NCBI GenBank assembly: GCA_050010755.1
Contig: JBEKKK010000001.1
Coordinates: forward strand, 1,184,001 to 1,248,000
Direction: 5' to 3'
DNA: 64,000 bases
From: Candidatus Bathyarchaeia archaeon
GTDB taxonomy: Archaea; Thermoproteota; Bathyarchaeia; Bathyarchaeales; Bathycorpusculaceae
The position numbers and the translations under genes are program-made. Numbering within the stretch: the first letter of the stretch is position 1; each line of letters begins with the position of its first letter. The notes beneath the pieces are model-generated. The model had not been told where the DNA came from. It saw nothing but the letters and a program-made list of their open reading frames with translations, and searched no databases. Positions 19,352 through 29,160 of this stretch are shown piece by piece.

Positions 19352-20509
19352 TTAGCTCAATTTTTTGAATATCCAGTCCATTATTGTTTCAAAAGTGTCC
19401 TTGGTGAACCCCATATGGCCAGTTTCATAGAATCTAGCGCACTTTGGACTACCATGTTCGAACAGCAAGTAATAATCTGTTATTGGGAACACCGAATCAT
19501 GTATTCCGTTCACCAGCAACAGGGGCGCGCTTGGTTTATCTAAGATGCCCTGCTTCAGTAGGGAGAGCTTTGGCGCATATTCTACCCACTCCTCATAGCT
19601 CGATAATCCGAATGCGTAAGCGATAGTCTCAAAGAATTCGAAAGGATACTCTCCTCTCTCTTGCTTATGAATCCAGTCGAGTTGGAACGCATAGTGCACA
19701 GGTCCGCCCTGACTTACGGCGCAGGCTATCTTGTCCTTGTAGACATGGGCCACCTTAACTGCCCAATAACCCCCGGTGCTATAACCCCAGACTCCGACTC
19801 TGTTAGAGTTCAAAGTTTTTTGCGTAGCAACCCAATCGAATACGGCTCCAAACAATCTCTCTGCGTTCTCAGAGCCTTTGAGTGGAGAATCGCCGACTCC
19901 AGGTCCGTCAATCGCCAGAGTTGCCAAGCCGCGCTCTAAAGCAGGGTTGTTCAACTGTTCTTCCTTAAAACCGTCAATTCCTCCCCAGCTTAGTAGCAAG
20001 GGAAAAGGAGCGGAACCTTTCTTGGGCAGCCTCAAATAGGCAATAATACTTTTTCCTTCGTTGGCTTTTCCTTTGAAGGGGATTTCCAGCCGCTGTATTG
20101 GGATGTCAAAATATCGCGATGCCTTAAAGAGCATTTCCTGTGCCTTCCTGTATGCTTGTCTCTTGCCATCCGAGTTTATTGTTGGATATCGTGCGAGTGT
20201 GTAATACTGATATGCTCGAAGATAGTTTTCTTTGGCGCTTTGTGTATCGCCTGCTTTTTCTGTTTGGGATGCTTTGACTTCATACGGCTTGGCTATGGAA
20301 CTAAAAGCCGCGGCCCAGGTGTCTCTATCATAGGAATTCAGACTCGTCATTACCCGTTCTACATCGTCGTACAGGGAATAGGTAAACGGATAGATCCGCA
20401 TTTTTACCCGCGGTTTCCACATTTCCCATAATTCGTTTATAGGACGAACATATCTTTTTGATTTATCGCCACTTGATTTTTCGCCATCTTCCCCAGAATG
20501 CGCTATCAT
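19352..20509 (-). CDS. Alpha/beta hydrolase, FrsA/DUF1100 (2,6-dihydropseudooxynicotine hydrolase-like)
   Basis: ARYP, GGIDG.KE, DGPG.G, GYSTGG nucleophile elbow, G..D, GHMG. Confidence 0.82.
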   Translation of the reverse strand: MIAHSGEDGEKSSGDKSKRYVRPINELWEMWKPRVKMRIYPFTYSLYDDVERVMTSLNSYDRDTWAAAFSSIAKPYEVKASQTEKAGDTQSAKENYLRAYQYYTLARYPTINSDGKRQAYRKAQEMLFKASRYFDIPIQRLEIPFKGKANEGKSIIAYLRLPKKGSAPFPLLLSWGGIDGFKEEQLNNPALERGLATLAIDGPGVGDSPLKGSENAERLFGAVFDWVATQKTLNSNRVGVWGYSTGGYWAVKVAHVYKDKIACAVSQGGPVHYAFQLDWIHKQERGEYPFEFFETIAYAFGLSSYEEWVEYAPKLSLLKQGILDKPSAPLLLVNGIHDSVFPITDYYLLFEHGSPKCARFYETGHMGFTKDTFETIMDWIFKKLS

Positions 20510-20655
20510 ATCAATCAAATCCTTTATGTTTGCAATCCTGCAATATTAAATTTGGCCAGCACGTCGCAATGAAATCCTCTAAGTGACACAAAGTCGAATC
20601 CCCACAGCAACAAAGCTTTGAATTGAAACTGGCTACTCAAAGCTACCGCAAGAGT

Positions 20656-21567
20656 TCAAAAATGGTCCAATGAGCTCATGAAGAATCTGTCGCCATATGC
20701 CTCGCTGAACGGTGTGCCCGTCAATTCCTTCACCATCATTACGCCATGCCCAGCCTTGAGGACCGAGTACTCATGCATCCTGTAAACCTGCTGCAGATTG
20801 GGATCCAAGACGGCCCTGGCGTAGATCAGGCTCTCCGCCCTGTTTTCGATCAGTCCGATCAGCCTGTGCATTTCTTTTTCATTGTGAGCTGCCAGCTCTC
20901 TTATTCTGACATGCTTCTTCTCTTTCTTGAATATGACGTAACCTCTGTCAGTTATGATGCATTCTCGTGCCGATATTCCAAGAGTTCTGGATAGCATCTT
21001 CATGTACGCTTCGTCCCTGACCACAAGACCCGTCTTATCCTTCACATACTTCCCGTAGATCCCAAGCATTCTCCTGAAATCCAGCCGGGTTCCGTCCTGA
21101 ATCTTCTTGACTCTTTTCTTCTTCACTGTTACCTTGTATGCTCCTGGAAAAGATGCAACGTCAAAATAACCCAGCTTCTTGTACAAGTCGTAAGCCACAA
21201 GTGTGGGGCTCGTTGTGAGGAAGGAAAAACGATAATGCTTTTCGATAAGATATTCGTGAGCACGATCGATGAGCATTCGGCATATCCCTTGTCTTGTGTG
21301 ACCCGGCAGGGTTGCCACGCCGTAGATTCCGCCTGCCTTTTCCACTGTTCTTTCAAGAGTTCTGGTGGCCAAATCCATGATGCCAACGAAACCTATCACC
21401 CTTCCAGCTTCAACAGCACAAAGACCTACGCAACTCTCTCTCAGTCTTGAATCGATCCTAATGTTTCTATCAAATTCTTGGGCGTCAAACGGCCATCCGA
21501 AAGCCTGTTCCATCAAAGGAAGCAAGCTGTCTTTGTCTTTGAGTTCGTGATAAGCCAGAATTTTCAT
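20656..21567 (-). CDS. GNAT acetyltransferase (Eis-like)
   Basis: GIYGVATLPGHTRQGI, LYKKLGY. Confidence 0.82.
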   Translation of the reverse strand: MKILAYHELKDKDSLLPLMEQAFGWPFDAQEFDRNIRIDSRLRESCVGLCAVEAGRVIGFVGIMDLATRTLERTVEKAGGIYGVATLPGHTRQGICRMLIDRAHEYLIEKHYRFSFLTTSPTLVAYDLYKKLGYFDVASFPGAYKVTVKKKRVKKIQDGTRLDFRRMLGIYGKYVKDKTGLVVRDEAYMKMLSRTLGISARECIITDRGYVIFKKEKKHVRIRELAAHNEKEMHRLIGLIENRAESLIYARAVLDPNLQQVYRMHEYSVLKAGHGVMMVKELTGTPFSEAYGDRFFMSSLDHF

Positions 21568-21864
21568 TCTCGTCTCGCCAATCCCGGATGAAAAAACGAA
21601 GCTGCAACAAATAAACCTTCTAGCATGCAAGTTACTTGCGCCGCTTCAAAAGCAACTGGAGTGAGTAAATGCTATTTAATAGACAAAATCTAAGAGTCGT
21701 TCGCGATACTTACCGGCTTAGGTATCATCATGTATTGATAAACCGCAATCCATAGTGATTGGCAAAAGACTTGTGAGACTCAATGTTTTGCGGGCTTACG
21801 CCAAGCACTTCTGCGCGTAGACTGGTGAAACATTATGGCTGCAAGTTTTCAACTGCTCTCTATC

Positions 21865-23064
21865 TTACCTTGTCATCATTCTTCTGAAAACGGGTACGGC
21901 TATTGCTGTCATGATCACTCCGAACACTATCATTACGGTGAGTTCAGTTGTTATGTCGGGTATTCCTGCGCCTAGAACCATGACTTTTCTGAGGGCTTGC
22001 GAGGCGTAGGTGAGGGGAAGTACTTTTGAGATGTCTTGCATGTACCAGGGCATTTGCTGTATCGGGAAGAACACTCCGCTGAGAAACATCATGGGAAACA
22101 TGAGGGTCATCATCATCATCTGTGCCGTCTCCTGGTCTTTTGCGAAGGACGTTATCACGATGCCGAGGCCGACGAAGCTGAACACGCCCAGCAGGAGCAG
22201 TCCGAAAACCAGCAAGATGCTTCCTTGAATTGCCACATGAAACAGGGCCGTAGCCAACACCAGAATAATGGTTCCCTGGAGCAGGCCTCTGGCAGTCTGA
22301 GCTAGGGTTTTCCCAAGTATTATGGACAGCCTATTGATGGGTGCAACCATCATTCCGTCTAAAGTGCCGATTTCCTTCTCTTGGGAGATGGCTACAGGGA
22401 GCCCAGTCATTACGCTCATCATAACTGTCATGGCCATTATTCCTGGCGCGATGAAATCAAAGTACGTGGGGGTTCCGGACACCACTCCCACTGTTTGAAC
22501 ATTGTAGGGCTTGACGACCGCTAATGTATTGTTCCTCTGTGTGGTCGTTAGGTTTAGCCCTTGAATGTTATTTTGAGCTAACATCGTTCCCATTAGATCA
22601 AATACGCCTGACAATGCTGCCTGAATGGTTGCTGAAACTTGGGGATTAGATTGGTCGGTCACGATGATAATAGTTCCCTGCTCTCCGCTCAGGATGCTTT
22701 CAGTGAAGTTGCTGGGGATGACTATTCCACCCTCGACGTTCCCCTTCTGAACCAAGTTCTTAATGTCGGCAGCGTTCGTGGCATTGGTAATAGTAAGCAT
22801 ACTTGTATTGCTGTTGATTCCTTGCAAAGCCGCGAGAAAAGTCTGGCTTCCGAAAGTAGTACCGTGATAAGGTGCATCTTCATTGGCCAATGCGACAGGA
22901 ACGTTACTTAGGGTACTGTTGGATGGGTAGATGAAGCCAACCATTACCATCATGAACAGAGGCATCAGAATAAGCAGGACTAGTCCCAAACGGTTCCGAA
23001 ACAGCTCCGTCAAGTCTTTCCAAGCGATTCTTAAACTATGCGAAGCTAGAGTTTTTGCTCCCAT
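21865..23064 (-). CDS. ABC-2 type exporter permease
   Basis: APGIMAM, EKEIGTLDGMMVAP, FLSGVFFP, PLTYA. Confidence 0.92.
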   Translation of the reverse strand: MGAKTLASHSLRIAWKDLTELFRNRLGLVLLILMPLFMMVMVGFIYPSNSTLSNVPVALANEDAPYHGTTFGSQTFLAALQGINSNTSMLTITNATNAADIKNLVQKGNVEGGIVIPSNFTESILSGEQGTIIIVTDQSNPQVSATIQAALSGVFDLMGTMLAQNNIQGLNLTTTQRNNTLAVVKPYNVQTVGVVSGTPTYFDFIAPGIMAMTVMMSVMTGLPVAISQEKEIGTLDGMMVAPINRLSIILGKTLAQTARGLLQGTIILVLATALFHVAIQGSILLVFGLLLLGVFSFVGLGIVITSFAKDQETAQMMMMTLMFPMMFLSGVFFPIQQMPWYMQDISKVLPLTYASQALRKVMVLGAGIPDITTELTVMIVFGVIMTAIAVPVFRRMMTR

Positions 23065-23071
23065 GTTTTTC

Positions 23072-24091
23072 TCACCTTACCCTGCCTTGTGCGGCCGCTC
23101 CGAACCGTCGATGACCCATCGGTATCTTCTGGTCTGCGCTATCTCTCACTTCGTGGCCAGTTATGTGCAGGAACACATCCTCAAGCGTAGGCTGAAGATT
23201 TTCCATAGAGATCACCTTTCCTTGTTTCGCCCTCACAGCGTCAATTACCGAGTCGAACGCCTCTTCGCCATGTACAATGACTCTCAGATGAGTAGAATTC
23301 TCTTGAGAAACGGCATCTGTGCACTGGCACGCCCGAATTGCCTCGATAATGTCGGCCGATAAATTTCCGATCTCCAGCTTCAATATTGTTGTATCCGCTC
23401 CAGAAATCATTTTTTTCAAATTCGTTGATGTGTCAAGTGCAACAATTTTGGCATGGTCCATGATGCCGATGCGGTCGCACAACAAGTCAGCATCAACCAT
23501 CATGTGTGTTGTTATGATGATTGTGGTGTTATTCTCCCTGTTGAGTTTCTTTATGAACTCCCTGATTTCAACAGACGACTGAGGATCCAAACCTAGAGTT
23601 GGCTCATCCAGGAATAGCACTTGAGGCATGTTAAGCAGCGCGCGTATCACGTTCATTCTCTGTCGCATGCCAGTGGAAAACGTACCGGCTTGAGCGTTCT
23701 TCCATTTGGTAAGTTGAACCAGCTCCAGCAGATCGTCAATTCTCTTATTCAAAACATCTTTGGGAATGTTGAAGAGATTTCCGAAGAAAATCAAGTTTTC
23801 TTTGGCCGTCAACCTGTTGTACAGTATCATCTTTTCGGAAACGATGCCAATTAGTTTCCGCACTTCTGTATCGTCCTTTACTATGTCGTGGCCGCCAATA
23901 GTGGCAGTTCCCTTAGTCGGCCGCGCCAACGTGGAGAGCATGCGTAAGGTTGTGCTCTTGCCCGCTCCGTTAGGACCAAGCAGACCGAAAATCTCGCCTT
24001 TTTTCACATCAAACGAGATGCTGTCAACCGCCACGAAATCGCCGAAGGACTTCGTCAGGTTTTCAACATCGATTACTGCCTCATTTTCCAA
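23072..24091 (-). CDS. ABC exporter ATP-binding subunit (DrrA-like)
   Basis: GPNGAGKS, FSTGMRQR, LFLDEPT, TTH, LEDVFL; probable TTG start at 24091 behind a GGTGA SD. Confidence 0.92.
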   Translation of the reverse strand: MENEAVIDVENLTKSFGDFVAVDSISFDVKKGEIFGLLGPNGAGKSTTLRMLSTLARPTKGTATIGGHDIVKDDTEVRKLIGIVSEKMILYNRLTAKENLIFFGNLFNIPKDVLNKRIDDLLELVQLTKWKNAQAGTFSTGMRQRMNVIRALLNMPQVLFLDEPTLGLDPQSSVEIREFIKKLNRENNTTIIITTHMMVDADLLCDRIGIMDHAKIVALDTSTNLKKMISGADTTILKLEIGNLSADIIEAIRACQCTDAVSQENSTHLRVIVHGEEAFDSVIDAVRAKQGKVISMENLQPTLEDVFLHITGHEVRDSADQKIPMGHRRFGAAAQGRVR

Positions 24092-24119
24092 GAGACCATC
24101 ACCATGCAATATTGTTCAG

Positions 24120-24160
24120 TGCAATACATCACAGTAAAATATAAATATTCCGATAATGTT
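24120..24160. promoter_or_regulatory. Divergent promoter/operator, copy 1
   Basis: tgcaatacatc-N5-aaaatataaatattccg-ataatgtt, near-identical to 25841-25884. Confidence 0.7.
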
Positions 24161-24172
24161 CAAACGGGACAG

Positions 24173-24255
24173 ATGAACTTGAATTGCAGTGTCAAGAAGA
24201 AACAACTGCCGCATACTGGCCAATGGAAACGCAAAAGCGCTATATACACATTGTC
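24173..24255 (+). pseudogene. Degenerate 5' stub of the PadR gene
   Basis: EETTAAYWPMETQKRYIHIV versus intact PadR EETTTANWVKEAQKGYIRVA. Confidence 0.7.
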
Positions 24256-24315
24256 CTGCTGCAAGCGCCATTTGATTCTTCTCGGCAAGAAGTTGAGCAT
24301 TGGCTGGTGAATTAA

Positions 24316-25416
24316 GTGTCGGCGCTTTCAGGCTCAGACCCTATCAGTACGATATTGAGTCTTGTTTCCGTCGGATTTTTCGTTGTTTTTATGTTCTTCT
24401 CCCAGAAGATACAGGCTCTGCTGATGAATCGCCAGGTATCCCAGGCCTTGACAAAACTCAAGGACATGAGGGACAAGGCCAAAGAAGCGATTAGCAAGGC
24501 AATCATAGAGGTCGGTAAGCCGGCGAAGGATCCAATGCCGAGGTTGGAGAGGCTTCTTCAGTTTTTCACAATTCCGCCTGAGGGCATGGATCCTGCTGGA
24601 GTTGTTCAACGGTTGGAACACTTGTTTGATACTGCTGATTCAAGAATCAGGGATGAGATTAAGGCAATCGCCCCCAATGCCGATGAGAGTCAATTGATGA
24701 ATCTGCAAAATCTGTTGGAAGCAGCGCAAGTCTTGAACACGCTTTATCGCGTCGTTAGGCATTATTACTTGTCGGGCAAAAAGGACGGAACCCTGTATTC
24801 GACAGTGCAGGTCCAGATGCAACTGCCCACGATCATGGAGGAGGCTGAAGCCTACCTCTCCTTCTTAGATGCTTTCAACCTGAGCAAGCCGATTGGAGAC
24901 GGAGTAGGAGCGCTGACCGCATCAAAACTCATGATTGGACAAGAGAGGCGCGAAATTGCCAAGGAAATGGTTGTTGCCGAAACAACAATCGAGGGCAGAA
25001 GAGTGTTGGCCACTAAGGCCAAAGGCCCAGGCGGCGCGGTTGGTAAGGTTGGAGATGCTGTTAGCAGCCTGATCGAAGCTAACATTGGAAAAGTCAGGCT
25101 CGTCGTGATGGTCGATGCCGGGCTCAAGCTGGAGGGCGAGGATAGTGGTGAGGTTGCCGAAGGCATAGGCGCAGCGATAGGCGGAATCGGCGTTGACAAG
25201 TACAAGATTGAAGAAGCTGCCACCAAGCACAAGATTCCAGTATACGCCGTCATCATTAAGGAATCGTTAAAAGAAGTGTTGGCGCCGATGAGTGAGCCGC
25301 TACGCGAAGCGGTTGACAAAGCAATCGTCAGACTCAAAGCGGTCTTGCAGGAGCAGACGAAGGAAGGAGACACTGCAATAGTCGTAGGAGTAGGCAACAC
25401 ATTAGGCATCGAGTAA
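24316..25416 (+). CDS. DUF1512 family protein
   Basis: DPAGVV, YRVVRHYY, PIGDG.G, KAKGPGG.VG, VDA.LKLEGE.SG..AEG.G.AIGG.G, GVGNTLG. Confidence 0.85.
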   Translation: MSALSGSDPISTILSLVSVGFFVVFMFFSQKIQALLMNRQVSQALTKLKDMRDKAKEAISKAIIEVGKPAKDPMPRLERLLQFFTIPPEGMDPAGVVQRLEHLFDTADSRIRDEIKAIAPNADESQLMNLQNLLEAAQVLNTLYRVVRHYYLSGKKDGTLYSTVQVQMQLPTIMEEAEAYLSFLDAFNLSKPIGDGVGALTASKLMIGQERREIAKEMVVAETTIEGRRVLATKAKGPGGAVGKVGDAVSSLIEANIGKVRLVVMVDAGLKLEGEDSGEVAEGIGAAIGGIGVDKYKIEEAATKHKIPVYAVIIKESLKEVLAPMSEPLREAVDKAIVRLKAVLQEQTKEGDTAIVVGVGNTLGIE

Positions 25417-25753
25417 CCCATTCGTACCGCAACACGACACAAGCGCACACCAATCCAGCATAATGTCAGACCAAACTCACAGACGGTGTCGAATTCGACA
25501 CACGCCAGAGATTCAAATTCCCACTATTTTTCGGAAAACGCGTGCAAACCAACATGGAAAACTTACACTGCAACATTACATTGCAACATTACATCTGATG
25601 TAAAGAAAAAAAAGGGAGGGGGCCGACACCTTCCGAGTCACCGCTTTCTCTCGAACCGCCTGCGCGTCCAAATTCCTGAAATATCACAGATTTTAACGAG
25701 ACCCTTGGCAAAACTATTACACCTCTATCGTTGGCTGTCACTCGCAGAACATT

Positions 25754-25794
25754 TTCGTCAGGTTCATAACCTCTATTCTTGCCTCATTCTCCAA
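25754..25794 (-). pseudogene. Degenerate 5' stub of the ABC ATPase gene
   Basis: 33/41 nt identical to 24051-24091; LENEARIEVMNLTK versus LENEAVIDVENLTK. Confidence 0.7.
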
Positions 25795-25840
25795 AAAAGA
25801 ACCGCTTTCGCCCAATTATTATCCACTGCTTATTATTCAT

Positions 25841-25884
25841 TGCAATACATCTGAGCAAAATATAAATATTCCGTCGATAATGTT
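25841..25884. promoter_or_regulatory. Divergent promoter/operator, copy 2 (PadR promoter)
   Basis: tgcaatacatc-N5-aaaatataaatattccg-tcg-ataatgtt. Confidence 0.7.
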
Positions 25885-25898
25885 AACACGACGGACAA

Positions 25899-26471
25899 AT
25901 GGACATCCACGACGAAGAGACAACAACAGCAAATTGGGTGAAAGAAGCCCAAAAAGGCTACATACGCGTAGCAGCGCTCATCATTCTGAACAAAAATCCG
26001 GCCCACGGCTACGAAATCATGAAAGAAATCAAAGACAAGACCAAAGGTTTTTGGAAACCGACCGCAGGCGGGGTCTACCCTATTCTTCGAGACCTTGAAA
26101 AAGCAGAATACATCAAAGGAGAATGGTCGACCCAAAAAAACAGAAAAATAAAGGTCTACAAGATCACAGAAACAGGCGAAGCCATCCTCAAACGTGCAAT
26201 TACCAAACAAAGTGAACTCGCAGACAACATGAACGCCATGTTCCAAGAATTTGCCAGAGACGTCTTGAACATGCAGCCAAAAACGTTGCCAATGCCCGTT
26301 TTACCCACCCCCTTCTCAGCCTTCCTTGAGGATAAAAACCAAGAATCTGAAAACAACAAAAAGGTCTTACAACGAAAACGCTCCCATCTAAAAGCCGCAA
26401 TCAAGATGCTGCAGAAGGAACTCCAAACAACAAACAAAAAACTAGCCAAACACCAACACCGAGCACCTTGA
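25899..26471 (+). CDS. PadR family transcriptional regulator
   Basis: HGYEIMKEI...G.W.PTAGGVYPILRDLE...RK..Y.ITE.G. Confidence 0.92.
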   Translation: MDIHDEETTTANWVKEAQKGYIRVAALIILNKNPAHGYEIMKEIKDKTKGFWKPTAGGVYPILRDLEKAEYIKGEWSTQKNRKIKVYKITETGEAILKRAITKQSELADNMNAMFQEFARDVLNMQPKTLPMPVLPTPFSAFLEDKNQESENNKKVLQRKRSHLKAAIKMLQKELQTTNKKLAKHQHRAP

Positions 26472-26636
26472 AATAATCTTGGTTGGATGTATTTCACTAA
26501 CGTTTATTGGCGTTGTCCGTGCCAGAGCGGGCTGACAAATAGGAAAGGACTTCGACTTGCATAAGTGCGCTAGCGCGCGCAGACCACAGGAATACTGTTG
26601 AACTCCAGATGTTGATTTTGTAATCACGCCAGAATG

Positions 26637-27344
26637 TTATCCAAGGAGTTTCAGGAAGTCTTCCTGGATGTAGTTTATGAATTCTAGAGCGGTGCTTTTG
26701 CTGAAGAGTGTCACGACGCAGTTCCTTGTGATGCCGACCATGATTCCACGCTTCTGACTTTCGAAGACGACGTACCAGATTTTTCCGTGCTCAATATAGT
26801 CATGGTACAGTTTAGTGTCAACAAGGTCCGACCCTGCTAAGCACAGCTTTTCGACTCCAGGAATGTCAACTTCATCGAACCATATCAGCTTCGTCGCCTG
26901 CGGGTTTGACTCATGAAGCTGCTTCAGAGTCTCATGCGTTAACCTCGCCTCCAGAATCCCCTGACGGTTAATGAACAGCACTTGGCTGAGCTTGTTAGCA
27001 ACGTAGTTTGTCAGAAGTTTCTTAACCCCGCGAGCCACAGACGGTGAAGAGACCACCAGGAACGTCTTCTTCTTGGAGGATATTATCCAAAAGGGGGCTT
27101 CCTCCGTAGCGGGAGCTTCAACCAAACTTCGCCGAAAGAATCGTCTGCGCATGAAATCCCTGCTGAAGACTCCTTCAACGAAGCCCTCCTTGGACTTCAA
27201 GTCCAATATTTCCGTCACTAGACTCACGCTTTCACCCTTCTCAGTCTTGCAAGATTCTTCCTCACGGAAATCTTTGAGCTTCCACAACATCAATCCAGGA
27301 TCAACTTTCTCCTTAATCTCAAAAATCTTAGCAGGCAGAACCAA
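26637..27344 (-). CDS. Hypothetical archaeal protein divergent from rps13
   Basis: 235-aa ORF with TTG start and GGTG SD. Confidence 0.7.
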   Translation of the reverse strand: MVLPAKIFEIKEKVDPGLMLWKLKDFREEESCKTEKGESVSLVTEILDLKSKEGFVEGVFSRDFMRRRFFRRSLVEAPATEEAPFWIISSKKKTFLVVSSPSVARGVKKLLTNYVANKLSQVLFINRQGILEARLTHETLKQLHESNPQATKLIWFDEVDIPGVEKLCLAGSDLVDTKLYHDYIEHGKIWYVVFESQKRGIMVGITRNCVVTLFSKSTALEFINYIQEDFLKLLG

Positions 27345-27604
27345 TCATTACACCACAAGACAATTTCCATCATCTGACTTTAAAGCCTTGCACACTCTCA
27401 ACACGAACTATCCATCCAAACATCACACAAACCTTACGCCAACAAAAAGAACATCCCTAGACTCTCAAAAATGGAACATGGTCGAGAGGAGACGGCTTGA
27501 AAAGCGAAAATAAGAGAATTGCAGCTTCGTTGCAAAACCGCTATCCTTAAATAAAATACACCTCATTTCTAGTTAGCCCCAAACATTAACATGGATGGCG
27601 ATAA

Positions 27605-28084
27605 ATGTCAGAAGAGTTCCGCCATAGACTTCGAATAATCGACACTGATGTAGATGGTACTTTGAAGGTTTCCTATGCGCTGGCAAAGATTAAGGGAGTC
27701 GGTCCCAGCTTGGCCGAGGCGATGCTCAGGAGGACGGGTATAAGTTCTGACAAAAGGGCGGGTTTTCTGTCGGAAACCGAGATTGACCGGTTGGAGGAGT
27801 TGATTAAGGATCCAGCGAAGGGTGGCTTGCCAAGTTGGCTTTTTAACAGGAGGAAGGAGCAGGAGACTGGAAAAGATAATCATTTGATAAGCTCCGATCT
27901 AGTTCTCAGAACGAAAATGGACATAGAAAAGATGAAGGAAATAAAATCTTGGCGTGGATATCGTCACGCTTATGGATTGAAGGTGAGGGGTCAAAGAACC
28001 AAGACAACCGGCAGGGCGGGCAAAGCTTTGGGTGTCAAGAAGAAAACGCTCATGCAGAGAGCAGCCGCAACGGAGAGCAAGTAA
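27605..28084 (+). CDS. rps13: 30S ribosomal protein S13
   Basis: IKGVG, P.W..NRR, SWRGYRH..GLKVRGQRTKTTGR. Confidence 0.97.
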   Translation: MSEEFRHRLRIIDTDVDGTLKVSYALAKIKGVGPSLAEAMLRRTGISSDKRAGFLSETEIDRLEELIKDPAKGGLPSWLFNRRKEQETGKDNHLISSDLVLRTKMDIEKMKEIKSWRGYRHAYGLKVRGQRTKTTGRAGKALGVKKKTLMQRAAATESK

Positions 28085-28086
28085 CT

Positions 28087-28656
28087 ATGGGTGACCCGAA
28101 GAAACAGAGGAAGAAATACGCAACTCCCCGATTTCCTTGGCGGGCAGACATCATGCAGGCGGAGCTTAAACTTATCGGCGACTATGGGCTGCGAAATAAA
28201 CATGAACTTTGGCGGCATGAAACGCTGCTGTCGAAGTTCAGGGGCACAGCTCGCACGCTCATAGGCGAAACGCCTGAAGAACGCAAGAAGATGGAGAATG
28301 AGCTGTTAACTCGCCTTAAAAAACTCGGCGTACTCGACGAAACGGCAGTTTTGGACGATGTCTTAGACTTGACTATAGAGGATATCCTGGAGCGGCGGTT
28401 TCAGACAATCGTTCTTCGTAAGGGTCTGGCAAAGACGATGCAACAGTCTCGTCAATTGATAGGCCATGGACACATGTCGATAGGAAACCGGAGAGTCACA
28501 ACTCCGGGCTATATAGTGCCGAGACCTGAGGAAGCCCAGATAAGCTACACGCCCAAGAGTTCACTCGCGAACCCAGCTCATCCGTTGCGTCAGACAATAG
28601 CGGCGCCGCCGGCGGCAGAAACAAGATCGGCCAAACCACGGAGTGAAGAAGAATAA
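28087..28656 (+). CDS. rps4: 30S ribosomal protein S4
   Basis: [38 protein letters not shown]. Confidence 0.97.
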   Translation: MGDPKKQRKKYATPRFPWRADIMQAELKLIGDYGLRNKHELWRHETLLSKFRGTARTLIGETPEERKKMENELLTRLKKLGVLDETAVLDDVLDLTIEDILERRFQTIVLRKGLAKTMQQSRQLIGHGHMSIGNRRVTTPGYIVPRPEEAQISYTPKSSLANPAHPLRQTIAAPPAAETRSAKPRSEEE

Positions 28657-29057
28657 TGAGCTCAAGCAAGAGAACCGAAAGATGGGCCGTCGTCCACATA
28701 TTCAGTTCCTATAACAACACGATAATACACATGACCGACATTTCGGGCGCCGAAACGATAGCCCGTACGTCGGGAGGCATGGTTGTCAAAGCCAGCAGGA
28801 TGGAGTCCTCACCCTATGCGGCGATGCGAGCCGCCTCGCTGGCCGCGGACATTGCTAGGGACAAGGGAATAACCGCGATCCACATCAAGGTCAGAGCCCC
28901 AGGGGGAGCGGGGCCAAGAACACCCGGTCCCGGCGCACAAGCTGCTATCAGAGCTTTGGCAAGAGCAGGGTTCAGAATTGAACGAATCGAGGAAGTAACG
29001 CCTGTACCGCACGATGGCACGAGAAGACCAGGCGGGAGAAGAGGAAGAAGAGTCTAG
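28656..29057 (+). CDS. rps11: 30S ribosomal protein S11
   Basis: [30 protein letters not shown]. Confidence 0.97.
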   Translation: MSSSKRTERWAVVHIFSSYNNTIIHMTDISGAETIARTSGGMVVKASRMESSPYAAMRAASLAADIARDKGITAIHIKVRAPGGAGPRTPGPGAQAAIRALARAGFRIERIEEVTPVPHDGTRRPGGRRGRRV

Positions 29058-29160
29058 ACGATAAGTAGGATAGTTCTTCTGATAGAAAAATTGAAATAAT
29101 GCACCAATGCTCTATTGAGCGGCACGGCAAAGTGAAACACTGTCACGGAGGTCCTTACAA

